The notes under the pieces were generated by a model. That model was not told where the DNA came from. It made no database searches and saw nothing but the letters and a program-made list of their open reading frames with translations. Positions 54,304 to 64,000 of a DNA stretch of 64,000 bases are shown here, in pieces. Made by a program: the position numbers and the translations under genes. Location of the stretch: the sequence record NC_055781.1. One strand, 5' to 3'. The number at the start of each line of letters is the position of its first letter. The stretch's first letter is position 1. Origin of the DNA: Escherichia phage p000v.

Positions 54304-54465
54304 ATGAGTCATAATCTTCAGAACGTAGTAGAGGCCGAACGTGAGCGTGAGGCTTTAATCTATAATGAACTATTAGTTCCATTCTTGGCCTTACACTCGT
54401 ATGAACAGGAAGACTACATTGATTACGTTAAAAGCGTAGAAAAAGCCGTTTACAATCAACACTGA
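54304..54465 (+). CDS. hypothetical small protein (53 aa)
   Basis: ATG right after upstream stop; acidic. Confidence 0.3.
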   Translation: MSHNLQNVVEAEREREALIYNELLVPFLALHSYEQEDYIDYVKSVEKAVYNQH

Positions 54466-54511
54466 TAATGGTACTATATCCATATCAACTAAGTGGAATG
54501 AATAAAACGTT

Positions 54512-54784
54512 ATGAATAAAGACATTGAAATCGTACGCGAAATTATTACTATTGCTTCTATTTTGATTAAATTCTCTAGGGAAGATATTGTTGAAGACCG
54601 AGCAAGTTTCATCGGATTCTTGAATGAGATTGGAATTAAAAAAGATGGTCGGCAGCTAAATCAGAATTCGTTCAGAAAACTAATTACAAATTTAACTGCC
54701 GAAGAAAAGAAAACACTGATTAGTGAATTCAATGAAGGTTTTGAAAATATTTATCGTCATTTAGCGATGTATTCTAACAACTAA
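54512..54784 (+). CDS. asiA: anti-sigma70 factor AsiA
   Basis: 90 aa; MNKDIEIVREIITIASILIKFSREDIVE... matches T4 AsiA as recalled. Confidence 0.85.
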   Translation: MNKDIEIVREIITIASILIKFSREDIVEDRASFIGFLNEIGIKKDGRQLNQNSFRKLITNLTAEEKKTLISEFNEGFENIYRHLAMYSNN

Positions 54785-55444
54785 TTATTTAGCCCTTCCT
54801 AGTATTCGGACCGCTTGGTTGCATATAGCTGCTAAGCGATCTTCCTCAAGTATATTACTCCCCTTATACCAATACATCGTCACAGTTCCAGCGTAGATGT
54901 TATCCAAATTAAAGTATGGACAACTATACATATAAGAAAGTTCGGCAGTCTTAGATTTTGTAGGCAAAAATGCAAATTCTGATTTAGACGAGAAATGACG
55001 GCCACTTAAATGAATTATATATTCATTGGCCGTTTTATCCACCGGGAATCCCCCAAGGGACTTTTCAGAAATTGTGCTAGGTAGTTTGCCTTCATAAGCT
55101 ATAAGGTCGACGAAATAATTTAAGTTTTTAGGTCTGAAAGAATACACAGCACTAAAATCTGCACCAGATGAGATATGAACTATTTGCAGTTGTTCTAGAG
55201 CCGCAGATTCAAAACGTAAAGCTCGTTCTTTTTGGATTATTTCAGTATAAGTATCATACTTAGATCTTACATAATAATCCAGCAAAATACTTCCTTTGTA
55301 CCATATTAGTGCCATTAGGAACAAAAGAATAATTACCGCTACTCGGGACATTAAAACCTTTCCAGTAGCGTTATCTTTGAAAATACGATCTAGCAACCCA
55401 AATAGAATATCACTAGGCGAAAATGACACTTTTGGTGTTGCCAT
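54785..55444 (-). CDS. t: holin (gene t)
   Basis: 219 aa; N-terminal TM segment; sequence matches T4 holin T as recalled; abuts the asiA stop with no spacer (convergent). Confidence 0.9.
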   Translation of the reverse strand: MATPKVSFSPSDILFGLLDRIFKDNATGKVLMSRVAVIILLFLMALIWYKGSILLDYYVRSKYDTYTEIIQKERALRFESAALEQLQIVHISSGADFSAVYSFRPKNLNYFVDLIAYEGKLPSTISEKSLGGFPVDKTANEYIIHLSGRHFSSKSEFAFLPTKSKTAELSYMYSCPYFNLDNIYAGTVTMYWYKGSNILEEDRLAAICNQAVRILGRAK

Positions 55445-55453
55445 AATACCTCC

Positions 55454-56005
55454 TTACTTAAAGATATTTATAATCGCTTTGATAATAGATTTGTTTTCAA
55501 GGTCAGGGAATTTAGGGAATTCGCCGCCAAGATGTTCATGTTTTTCTAAAAGGGCAAAGAATTTTTTGAGCTCTTTAAATTTTCGTTTTTCTTCTCTATT
55601 AGCAACCTCTGCGTCAATAAGAGAACTTAAAACACTGAATAATTTATAGAGTTCATGAATTTTCTTATCACGTTGAACTACACGTTTATATGCTTCATCT
55701 TCCTTCCACCCGTCGTCGGTCCAAAGGTCAAATTCACCAGGTTCTTCTGTAGTAACATTTTGAAGAGCACCTGGAGTGTCAATAACAATTTTTTGCTTAT
55801 CATATGTCCATACTGTTTTTCCTCGATGGTCTTCAACATATACCCATTCTTGCTCGCGTTCGTCAAATATAACAGCATAGCCTTCTTTAGGGTCTAAAGG
55901 TTTTTTTGGTGTCGAATGAGCCGGAAATCCTACGCCTTTTAATGGTTTATAATTTTCTTCTTTGTAAAATTCTTTAGTGTCAAAATAATAGTGATAGAGT
56001 TTCAT
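55454..56005 (-). CDS. 38: long tail fiber assembly/adhesin protein gp38 (short T4-type)
   Basis: 183 aa (T4 gp38 length); N-terminus MKLYHYYFDTKEFYKEENYKP. Confidence 0.85.
   Translation of the reverse strand: MKLYHYYFDTKEFYKEENYKPLKGVGFPAHSTPKKPLDPKEGYAVIFDEREQEWVYVEDHRGKTVWTYDKQKIVIDTPGALQNVTTEEPGEFDLWTDDGWKEDEAYKRVVQRDKKIHELYKLFSVLSSLIDAEVANREEKRKFKELKKFFALLEKHEHLGGEFPKFPDLENKSIIKAIINIFK
55465..55472 (-). promoter_or_regulatory. late promoter TATAAATA (- strand) for gene t, inside the 3' end of gene 38
   Basis: + strand reads TATTTATA about 20 nt upstream of the t start. Confidence 0.45.
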
Positions 56006-56010
56006 ATTAT

Positions 56011-56030
56011 AAAAAGGGACCGAAGTCCCT
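56011..56030 (-). terminator. hairpin with UUCG loop and U-run on the - strand between genes 37 and 38
   Basis: - strand reads AGGGAC-ttcg-GTCCCT then TTTTT; ends 5 nt before the gene 38 ATG. Confidence 0.45.
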
Positions 56031-56035
56031 TCTCC

Positions 56036-59000
56036 TTATGCTAAACGAACGATATAGTTAAAAGCAACGTTTTTAACTGTGTTTTCTGTATTTCCTGTGG
56101 CATTTACAGTTATTGTATGTCCATGGGAACCAATTGCAACAGTATGAGAATGAGCACCAATACCTACCGAATGGGTATGAGCACCAATACCCACAGTATG
56201 AGCATGGTTACCCGTAGCGCTAGTAGTTCCAGACCAACTATGGGTGTGGGCACCATCTGAAGAAGTTTTGGCCATATTCGACGATGCAGTGGCACCACTC
56301 ACGGTTGCAGTGAATTTAGCGTTACCGTTTGGACCCGCACTATTGTATCCATCATAGAATACGCTAGTGGGTATGCCGCCTTGTACCTGAGGACCTGAAC
56401 GCGCGTGTTGGTGCGCACCAGCGGAACTAGTATTACCACTCACTGTATGGTTATGGTTACCAGTGGTATTACTGGTCTTAGTACCATAATCAAAGCTTGA
56501 AGTCGTTTTGCTTCCGTAATCAAAACTAGAAGTGGTCTTAGTACCCAAATCTGTGCTTGATGCACTTGCACTATGGCTATGTGACTTAACACCATCTGCT
56601 TCTGTACTTAATACTGCACGTCCGGATGGTTTACCTTTAATCGTTTGCCCACGCATATCAGGCAGAGAGCCGGAAGGATACACTGCAGCTAACTTAGGAT
56701 ACAAGTCGACATCAAATGTTTGACCTTCCATTATGGCATAACCTTCAGGAGGTGTATCAGTAGGCCAAGGAATCGGAGCGCCAATTGGATAACTTGAGAC
56801 GATATCCGTCTTAAGGTTATTTATTGTGGTGTTCAAGTTGGCAAAGTTACCAGAACCACCTGTGATGTTACCATCAGTACCTAATTGAGCATTACCGACT
56901 TTAAGAGGTTTAGCTATATCAACCGTATCAGAGTTTAATGCAATACCATGGGAGTAGGTGTAACTGTGCATACGAACGATGTTACCACCATCGCCAATAC
57001 CTAAATACCATTTCGGAACATCTGCTTTACGTCCTTGGATGAAGTTAGAATATTCTTGTGTTGGGGCATTTATTCTAATAGCATCGGAGGCAGTATTAAC
57101 TGTAATACGTTGCCCTGATGTTGTTCCACTAGTTTCTACTTTAAATCTTCCACCACCGATATCAACATCATGATCCATGCTGACTTTACCAGTACTTAAT
57201 GTAATATAGAACGGACGTAAATTAGAAATACCACCTGATTCACCAACATTCTGTGGAGTTGGAATAATATAAAGCTTATCTTCAGAACGACGGAAAATAG
57301 CCCCGTATTCAGCATCGTAAATACGGAAAGCATCAGCAGTCCCGCCAATTTTAACCTGTCCGGTAATTGAGGCACCACCTTGAACAAACAATCCATTATT
57401 CATTGTAACGTTGCCAACTAGAGTGCTTAATCCGTTAACTCTAAGACTTCCGTCGGTTATTAAGCTTCCTCTAGCATTAACCTGTCCATTGAACTGAGTT
57501 ACAACAGGGCCTGTAGTTTCAGAACCGGTCGGAGCTACGCGTTGAGAATAGAAATAATAACCTTGGCCATCAGAAACCTCAAATACGGTTTCTCGAGCTT
57601 TATCACCAGTAGCATTAAATGAGTTACCCCATGCTTTAACTGTAACAGGGCTTTTGTTTTGACCTGCGCGAGTACCACTGTTCCAGTATATACTTCTAGT
57701 ACCATCTGCAGCCGTCGGAGCGTTAAACTGGAATCCCTGATTATCAGGTCCATCAATAATTATGCCTTTATTAAGACGAAAAGCTAATGTAGAATTAATA
57801 CTTCCAGTTGCGGCATTAAAGCTAATACTTTCACCGCCGGTGGTTAACTTCAATATACCTGGGTTAACTTCCATGCCTTCTTGAGTATTAATATTAGTTT
57901 TGCCTTTACCACGGAAATAGTGGTTCATTTTTCCGCCAGAATTATATCCAATATGGGTTTGACCGTCTCCAGCAGTGTTTTCATCAGCTTGTGTTTGAAC
58001 TGATAAAAATGCAACATTCGTTCCAGGCATAATCCATGTAGTGCCTTGGTCTTCTGAACGACCAAATATACCTTTACGAGTACTACGGAAACTATCAGGA
58101 GTAATAGAAGCAACAGAATTCCAATTACCTACTAAATCATAAACACCCTGCTTAATGTATTTTAAACCAGTGGCAGCATCACCCAAAGCAATATATCTTT
58201 CTCCCATTGGAGTAGGAGAGCCGTAGTTATTGGTATTTTCATCAGTGGTAATTGTGCCAATAGCAAGTGAACGACGTAATACCATTGCGCCATCATTACG
58301 AAGACCCATTAATTTAGTAGTAAGTGTATTTCCGGTCCACCAAGAAATTTCATCATTCTTACCAGTTTGAGCTGAAGCGATTTCATGGTAAATAGTTCCA
58401 CCTGATTTAGCTCGAACTTTACGAAGATAGTTTATACCATTTTCTTCACCTGTTCCAGGATAAACATACTGAACTAATGATTGCGAATCATATTGTCCAA
58501 ATGCTTTTGTATCTAAAATAATATTTTTAGTATTAATCTGAGGCGAAGTAATATTTCCGAGAGCTGCAATATTTCCAGATGTAGTTATACTACCTCCTGA
58601 TACTGCTAAACCTCCACCATCAACAGTAAATCCACCGTCACGGTGAAACGTCCAATATTTCGAATAACCAGATTCATTCATAAAATGAATTTTAAAACTT
58701 CCTTCGTTTACTAACGTACCAACAGAAAAAGTTCCATCTTTATAGCGTTGTTTAATCAGCGGATGATATTCTGAAACAGAAGTAGTTGAACTTAAATCTG
58801 TAAAGATAGGAGCTTTATTTAGATGTTGATTTGCCCAAGCGCCATTTCCAGCAGTTTTTGGCAAGAATTCAATATACTTTCCTGCATAAACAAACTGGTT
58901 TCCATTAAGATTATATGTGCCGTTTTGTAAATAATCACCATTTTGAGTTACATTACCGTTAATATCCCCGCCCTTAGCAAAGCCTAGGCTAATAATATTA

Positions 59001-59134
59001 CCGAGGTCATCTTTAGTAAAAAGAGTTCGATCTTTTAAGTTTATCGCTAATTCGCCTTCGGCTAATTGTGCTGCAGTAGGATTAACTCCTGCCACTTTGC
59101 TTCTTTTAAATTGTATCTGTTTTAATGTAGCCAT
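56036..59134 (-). CDS. 37: long tail fiber distal subunit gp37
   Basis: 1032 aa; C-terminal His-x-His repeats ([32 protein letters not shown]) typical of the T4 gp37 needle. Confidence 0.9.
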   Translation of the reverse strand: MATLKQIQFKRSKVAGVNPTAAQLAEGELAINLKDRTLFTKDDLGNIISLGFAKGGDINGNVTQNGDYLQNGTYNLNGNQFVYAGKYIEFLPKTAGNGAWANQHLNKAPIFTDLSSTTSVSEYHPLIKQRYKDGTFSVGTLVNEGSFKIHFMNESGYSKYWTFHRDGGFTVDGGGLAVSGGSITTSGNIAALGNITSPQINTKNIILDTKAFGQYDSQSLVQYVYPGTGEENGINYLRKVRAKSGGTIYHEIASAQTGKNDEISWWTGNTLTTKLMGLRNDGAMVLRRSLAIGTITTDENTNNYGSPTPMGERYIALGDAATGLKYIKQGVYDLVGNWNSVASITPDSFRSTRKGIFGRSEDQGTTWIMPGTNVAFLSVQTQADENTAGDGQTHIGYNSGGKMNHYFRGKGKTNINTQEGMEVNPGILKLTTGGESISFNAATGSINSTLAFRLNKGIIIDGPDNQGFQFNAPTAADGTRSIYWNSGTRAGQNKSPVTVKAWGNSFNATGDKARETVFEVSDGQGYYFYSQRVAPTGSETTGPVVTQFNGQVNARGSLITDGSLRVNGLSTLVGNVTMNNGLFVQGGASITGQVKIGGTADAFRIYDAEYGAIFRRSEDKLYIIPTPQNVGESGGISNLRPFYITLSTGKVSMDHDVDIGGGRFKVETSGTTSGQRITVNTASDAIRINAPTQEYSNFIQGRKADVPKWYLGIGDGGNIVRMHSYTYSHGIALNSDTVDIAKPLKVGNAQLGTDGNITGGSGNFANLNTTINNLKTDIVSSYPIGAPIPWPTDTPPEGYAIMEGQTFDVDLYPKLAAVYPSGSLPDMRGQTIKGKPSGRAVLSTEADGVKSHSHSASASSTDLGTKTTSSFDYGSKTTSSFDYGTKTSNTTGNHNHTVSGNTSSAGAHQHARSGPQVQGGIPTSVFYDGYNSAGPNGNAKFTATVSGATASSNMAKTSSDGAHTHSWSGTTSATGNHAHTVGIGAHTHSVGIGAHSHTVAIGSHGHTITVNATGNTENTVKNVAFNYIVRLA

Positions 59135-59142
59135 AAGTCCTC

Positions 59143-59808
59143 TTAATAATAGCCGAAATCTTGAACAGAATCTTTAATTACAATCTGGTCGAAACGAGGA
59201 ACATGATTAGCCTCAGACGCCGGATTCTGTGAGAAAAAGTTTGGTGCTGTTAAAGTACCAGTCATGGTATCGCCTTTACGCAATACACGGGAATTTGCGT
59301 TATCCGTAACAATATTTATTCGTCCATCAACATAATCTTTTCTTGTGAGATCATTTGCTGCAACTGGAGCAGTCATATCGCTTCTTACTTGTCCTGAAGC
59401 AGATACAACGCCTTTTGTGTTAATATCACCATTACGTGCATTAATTACTACAGTTCTACCTGCAGATCCTTGTGATGATTTAAAACCAATGCCATACCAT
59501 GAAACAATATCAATATTTGCTGTAACAAAAGTAGCAGCATCACCATTGCCAGGAAAAATACCGCTTTGGTTTGTGTTGTTTATAGCATATGGTATTTGCA
59601 CGCCACTGTTAAATGTTACCTTTGAAGCGTAAGTACCACCATTTGCTTTAGAAACGAAATCGTTATCAGCCGCTTGTGGTTTATTATATTCTGAATAGAG
59701 TTTAAACGTTTTATACAGGACGTCATCACCTGCTGGCATTAAAGGGAAATTACCTTGATGCCATATAACGGCACCGCCAGTTGTACTACCAGCTTTTAAA
59801 TCGGCCAT
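59143..59808 (-). CDS. 36: long tail fiber distal connector gp36
   Basis: 221 aa (T4 gp36 length); late promoter upstream. Confidence 0.85.
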   Translation of the reverse strand: MADLKAGSTTGGAVIWHQGNFPLMPAGDDVLYKTFKLYSEYNKPQAADNDFVSKANGGTYASKVTFNSGVQIPYAINNTNQSGIFPGNGDAATFVTANIDIVSWYGIGFKSSQGSAGRTVVINARNGDINTKGVVSASGQVRSDMTAPVAANDLTRKDYVDGRINIVTDNANSRVLRKGDTMTGTLTAPNFFSQNPASEANHVPRFDQIVIKDSVQDFGYY

Positions 59809-59832
59809 AGTTGTCTCCTTATATGTATACCA

Positions 59833-59840
59833 TATTTATA
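59833..59840 (-). promoter_or_regulatory. late promoter TATAAATA (- strand) upstream of gene 36
   Basis: + strand reads TATTTATA about 25 nt before the gene 36 ATG. Confidence 0.55.
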
Positions 59841-59865
59841 CAAAAATGGGAGACCGAAGTCTCCC
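59841..59865 (-). terminator. intrinsic terminator on - strand (GGGAGAC-ttcg-GTCTCCC then AUUUUUG)
   Basis: between the gene 35 stop and the gene 36 late promoter. Confidence 0.5.
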
Positions 59866-59870
59866 TAAAT

Positions 59871-60998
59871 TTATTCTGATGCTTCTTTAAATTCTTGTCC
59901 AAATACCTTACCGGTATCAGTTGAAGATTGAGTAGGTAATGTCATTATGTCTGGAGCACTTAAAGATTCTGAAACATAATTTACACGAATACCATTTATA
60001 CCAAACTCAGCAGGTTTTGAAACGCTTCCATTACATGATACTTCAGTGAATATAACGTTTCTTAATCCGCCTTGCCCGACTGGAGCTGTACGATAACAAT
60101 AAATCGTGAACCCGTCAGCACCAGCAGGAATTTCTATGTAGTCTTCATATATCTTCCATTCACCTGCATCCCCATCAAAGTTTATATCCTTAAATGAAAT
60201 AGGTGAAGTAGAAGGAGATTTAAAGAAACGAATAGAAAGTCGTGTCGTCCCTTGTGCTAACAAATCAGCATCGGCCATTAGTTGGAATTTCATATAAAGG
60301 AAATCTCCGGGCTTCAATTTATACCCAGCGAGAGGTGTAATAATGGATGTTGTAGGCATCCTTTTAATTTCATTATTAGTACCTCCAATGGCAGATAAAA
60401 ATGTGTCTGTCGATTCATACGTACGACTAGGGAAGCCGGTAGCACCGATATCATCAATCGTGTCGTACACAACATCAAGTGGTGTACTATAGTCGGTTGA
60501 AGTTTTCTTATTACTATACTTAATATGTTCTAGTGCTATAGCATTCTTACCAGAAATATAAAATGCAGAATAAGAAATGTCAACTATATTTAAAACCTGT
60601 TGAGCTAATGGAATAACAGAACTCCCAGCTTTCGTAAACCATGCAAGAACTTCAGGAGGAAAGTTTGTTTTAGCGTTAGTGACAAGAGCAAATATAAAAT
60701 TCGAAGCATATGTGTCCATGTAAGTAACAAATGCACTTGATGTGGCGTCGTTTTCAGTAGAGAAATTATATGACTTAGATTCAACTACTGCACCTGTTGT
60801 AGGATTTATTACACGAACGTTTAATCCAACAGAAAAAACCTGGGACCCAAGTGGATTATCTTGGAACTTAATATAAGCAGGAGATGTTGATAGCGGACAA
60901 GAGCCCGCTATGCTTAATTTAAATCGTACTGAATTGCTTTCCGATAAAAATGGCGTTTGGACGTATCCTTGTCCAAACTTAGCCATAAATTTTTCCAT
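59871..60998 (-). CDS. 35: long tail fiber hinge protein gp35
   Basis: 375 aa (T4 gp35 is 372); between 34 and 36. Confidence 0.85.
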   Translation of the reverse strand: MEKFMAKFGQGYVQTPFLSESNSVRFKLSIAGSCPLSTSPAYIKFQDNPLGSQVFSVGLNVRVINPTTGAVVESKSYNFSTENDATSSAFVTYMDTYASNFIFALVTNAKTNFPPEVLAWFTKAGSSVIPLAQQVLNIVDISYSAFYISGKNAIALEHIKYSNKKTSTDYSTPLDVVYDTIDDIGATGFPSRTYESTDTFLSAIGGTNNEIKRMPTTSIITPLAGYKLKPGDFLYMKFQLMADADLLAQGTTRLSIRFFKSPSTSPISFKDINFDGDAGEWKIYEDYIEIPAGADGFTIYCYRTAPVGQGGLRNVIFTEVSCNGSVSKPAEFGINGIRVNYVSESLSAPDIMTLPTQSSTDTGKVFGQEFKEASE

Positions 60999-61006
60999 AA
61001 TACCTC

Positions 61007-64000
61007 TTATTCAATCCACTCGAATTTAACAGATTTATTCACAGGGTCTGGAATAATGCGGACATTACCAATCCTTAAGAAATCCCTTATTGTCAAGTTT
61101 CCGATTGTTGCATTATCAGAAGGTAAAGCACCAATATCAGAAGGTTGAGGAGGGTTTCCGCCATCAAATACCTGAACAAAACTTGACCAAGAATTTTTAG
61201 TTTTCTGCCATGTACGAGTCCAACGGGTTGTACGTGCTTCTGGAGTTGTTGGATAAGTAATCCAATCTTGGTAAAGAGAATCAAGCGTATTACCAAACTG
61301 AGTCAATGTACCAGGAGATTTAACTTCTTCGCCACGTTCTAAGTATGGAAGCCCAGTCACTTCATTAGTTTTTTCAACCATTTTAAAATAACCCGGGAAC
61401 TGGTTATAAGTGGCTGAATCGTTAATATCGATTGACCAGAATCCTACAGTATCAGATGTCGGTGCGCGAGTGTATAAATCAGCAGTTTTAGAGCCCTGAG
61501 AACGAATTCTCGAGTTAACAGTTAAACCACCTGAATTTATAGTAGCACCTTTGGCAATGATTAAGCTTTCACCAATCGTTACTTGGCCAGATGCATTATT
61601 AATAGCTAAAGGACGTAATCCATTAAATCCGCCGGTCTGATCGCCTGATGCAGTGAGCATAAAATAGGTATTAACAGCGTCATTACGAATAAAGAATCCG
61701 TAATCACCACTAATTGCTCTGAAAGCATTTGCAGACTTACTAATGAATTCACCATTGGCTGTAACTGAACTATTAAACGTTGAGACACCTGTAACGTTCA
61801 GAACGCCACGAACGCTAGCGTTGACTGATTGCATCGTACCTGAAATATTGAACAGCACATTATTCGACGTATCTCTTTGAGAATAGAAATGAGAGCCGGT
61901 AGCATCAGAGAATTCTATAATCGTTGCACGAGTTACATCAGAACCTCCGCTGTACTTATTACCCCATACACGAACATACAATGCAGAATCAGCATTACTA
62001 CCAGAAGCAGGACCTTTCTCAAATGTAAATCGAGAAGAAGTCGTTCCAGTATTAGAAATAGTCAGTGTACTATTAGCAGATACTGAACCACCAAACGTAG
62101 CAGTACTAGTTGATACAAGAGGGGCACTCAGATTCGTTTGTTGGGTTAAGGTTAGTGAACCATTAACCGTCTGTGCAATGTCCCTACGAATGAACTGAGA
62201 TGAATCTAGGCCATCTAATAAATTACTATCTACGGCTTTAGCTTTCAATGGCAAATAGTTAGCAAGTACACGGTTTAATTCATATGGTGATACTGCATAG
62301 CTATTTTTTTCGTATGATTCTAAAGGTTGTGTTGAACCAACTGTATCATTACCAACAAATGTAATAGAACCGGACGAAGTTTTAACGAATCCGCGAATTG
62401 CTGTAGTAGCAGCCCATGTTGGTTCATTCTGGACAATCCATTTTAAATTCTTAGGAGATACAGCAGTATTAGCAGAAGTTCCTGTTACAGTTTCAGCCTG
62501 AGTAGCAACCTTAATTACGCCTTCAGACGTTTCAGTGGACTTAGTCCCTAAAAGCTTTTTAGGAGTAATAAGAACATCATCTAAAGTTCCTGCATTAGAT
62601 TCTGCCTGGGTCGCTACGCGGAGTGTACCACGTTGTGTTTCATTTGCTTTAGAAATATCAAGAGTATAATGGTTCCACAAGGTTCCTTCTTCAATAAGTC
62701 CGGAATCAGAATTAACACTGGTACGGTCAGAAGAATCAAAATGAGTTTTAATTTTCAGTGGAGTCGAGATACGAGTATCATCAGTTCCAGTATCAAATTC
62801 AACTTGCGTAGCAAGTTCGGCTATGCCGGATAATCCTTCCGTAGCTTTCCTATCATTTAACGTCTTAGGCGTTACTGCACGTGTATAATCAGTCCCAGCA
62901 TTAGTTTCTGCTTGCGTAGCAATTTCAATTAAACCAATACGTCCATCAGTAGAAGTTTTCTTATGTAGTGTTTCAGGAGTTACTACAGCGTGAGAATAAC
63001 CTGCTTGTGATTGACCAGCAATTACTTCACTATCAACAGCTAAAATTACTGCACCTTGTTGAGCATAAGTTGCTTTATATTGGTCAAGGGCTTTAGGAGA
63101 AATAGTTAAATTATTTACGGTTTTATTATAAACGTTAGTGCCTGCAGCCCCACGAGTTTCAGCAGGAGTAGCAGAAGTAGTTGATACATATTTAACTATA
63201 CCAGACAGTGTTTCAGAACCCTGACGTGCCTGTAATTTCTTAGGTGTAATAATCGTTGTGTCATCAAGACCAGCATCGGTTTCAACCTGAGTAGCAATTT
63301 CAGCAAGACCACGACGAGTTTCAGTTGCTGTACGCTCATTTAGTTTTTTAGGCGTAACAATAGTATCATCCACAAATGTTGCAGTGGAATTCTGGTTAAC
63401 TTGTGCTGTTGTAGCAATTTTAGCGATACCACGTCGAGCTTCAGTTGCTGTACGATTTGCCAATGTTTCAGGAGTAATAGCAACTTCTTTAGCCGGAGAA
63501 TTTTCAAAATCAACATTTGCCTGTGCCTGAGTTGCAAGAGCAATAACACCTACACGAGCTCTAGTTGTATCGGTTCCAGCATCGACACGTTCTACAGTTG
63601 GGACATTCTGTTGAACAACCCAATAACGTGTACCAGCAACGGTGTCTTCGATATACGCTAATTCTAATACAGGAACATATGAAGTAGTGCCATTGAATTC
63701 CAATTCAGTAACAGAGACCCATTGAGCATCAGGTGGATATTCAGAACGTTTAGGGAACTGAAGCAATGCAACAGAAGAAGCAATTGTATCACCTTCAGCA
63801 GCTTTAATTTTTACTGTTTGGCCTTTACGCATGTAGTTCATTGAAATTTTAACAGTGTCACCACTCAAAATTCCGCTAGGCAGCGTAAGATTAATAGTTC
63901 CGGCTGTAGCGTTATTTGTGCCAAAAATAAGAACTTCTTCATTTGGACGAATATTTGAATCCGCACGGATAATACGAAGACGCGATTTCTGGTCGCCTTC
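61007..64000 (-). CDS. 34: long tail fiber proximal subunit gp34, 5' end outside window
   Basis: at least 997 codons open to the window end (ORF-track start 63868 is an internal TTG); repeated motifs TPKKL and GTLRVATQ; C-terminus matches T4 gp34 as recalled. Confidence 0.9.
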   Translation of the reverse strand, partial: EGDQKSRLRIIRADSNIRPNEEVLIFGTNNATAGTINLTLPSGILSGDTVKISMNYMRKGQTVKIKAAEGDTIASSVALLQFPKRSEYPPDAQWVSVTELEFNGTTSYVPVLELAYIEDTVAGTRYWVVQQNVPTVERVDAGTDTTRARVGVIALATQAQANVDFENSPAKEVAITPETLANRTATEARRGIAKIATTAQVNQNSTATFVDDTIVTPKKLNERTATETRRGLAEIATQVETDAGLDDTTIITPKKLQARQGSETLSGIVKYVSTTSATPAETRGAAGTNVYNKTVNNLTISPKALDQYKATYAQQGAVILAVDSEVIAGQSQAGYSHAVVTPETLHKKTSTDGRIGLIEIATQAETNAGTDYTRAVTPKTLNDRKATEGLSGIAELATQVEFDTGTDDTRISTPLKIKTHFDSSDRTSVNSDSGLIEEGTLWNHYTLDISKANETQRGTLRVATQAESNAGTLDDVLITPKKLLGTKSTETSEGVIKVATQAETVTGTSANTAVSPKNLKWIVQNEPTWAATTAIRGFVKTSSGSITFVGNDTVGSTQPLESYEKNSYAVSPYELNRVLANYLPLKAKAVDSNLLDGLDSSQFIRRDIAQTVNGSLTLTQQTNLSAPLVSTSTATFGGSVSANSTLTISNTGTTSSRFTFEKGPASGSNADSALYVRVWGNKYSGGSDVTRATIIEFSDATGSHFYSQRDTSNNVLFNISGTMQSVNASVRGVLNVTGVSTFNSSVTANGEFISKSANAFRAISGDYGFFIRNDAVNTYFMLTASGDQTGGFNGLRPLAINNASGQVTIGESLIIAKGATINSGGLTVNSRIRSQGSKTADLYTRAPTSDTVGFWSIDINDSATYNQFPGYFKMVEKTNEVTGLPYLERGEEVKSPGTLTQFGNTLDSLYQDWITYPTTPEARTTRWTRTWQKTKNSWSSFVQVFDGGNPPQPSDIGALPSDNATIGNLTIRDFLRIGNVRIIPDPVNKSVKFEWIE

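Noticed and set aside
56532-63661. + strand ORFs inside the tail fiber genes (for example 56532..56723, 59345..59632, 61877..62086, 63401..63661)
   Set aside because: Antisense to long, clearly real late genes 34-37; no promoters or RBS.
1-64000. CRISPR array built from the repeated GGGAC-TTCG-GTCCC-like hairpins
   Set aside because: The hairpins are single, in different intergenic regions, followed by T-runs and not separated by regular spacers; they are intrinsic terminators.
1-64000. tRNA or other structured RNA genes in intergenic gaps
   Set aside because: All gaps over 60 nt are explained by promoters, terminators or micro-ORFs; no cloverleaf-like GTTC..GAAC arrangement was seen. Not verified with a tRNA finder.

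Overview
The window is a contiguous ~64-kb segment of a T4-like (Tevenvirinae, RB69-like) myovirus genome, in the orientation opposite to the conventional T4 map. The + strand runs nrdD-nrdG-nrdH, 55, 47-46-rpbA-45-44-62-regA-43, 42, uvsX-40-41, 61, 56-soc, modA-like, dda-dexA, 39, rIIA-rIIB, ndd, 52-motA, asiA; the convergent - strand carries late genes t-38-37-36-35-34 (34 and nrdD are cut by the window edges). Gene calls rest on motifs read by eye and on T4 synteny recalled from memory; no database search was run, and derived coordinates may be off by 1-2 nt. Genes are densely packed with ATGA/TAATG start-stop overlaps, T4-type early (GTTTAC-17/18-TATAAT), middle (MotA-box TGCTTTA-12-TATAAT) and late (TATAAATA) promoters, and UUCG-tetraloop terminators. 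No rRNA, tRNA or CRISPR array was seen. The most interesting content is a DNA-modification island: the T4 slots for imm, beta-glucosyltransferase and alpha-glucosyltransferase hold other genes. Between 43 and 42 sit an arabinose-5-phosphate isomerase, a sugar-1-phosphate nucleotidyltransferase fused to a kinase, a small HAD-like phosphatase and a Cys-rich U32-like protein; a GT-B glycosyltransferase lies between 39 and rIIA. Together these look like a phage-encoded NDP-arabinose pathway for arabinosylating hydroxymethylcytosine. Other points of interest are -10 hexamers sitting in hairpin loops, a tandem triplicated gene family with duplicated promoters, an HNH homing endonuclease, and clusters of tiny membrane-peptide ORFs.
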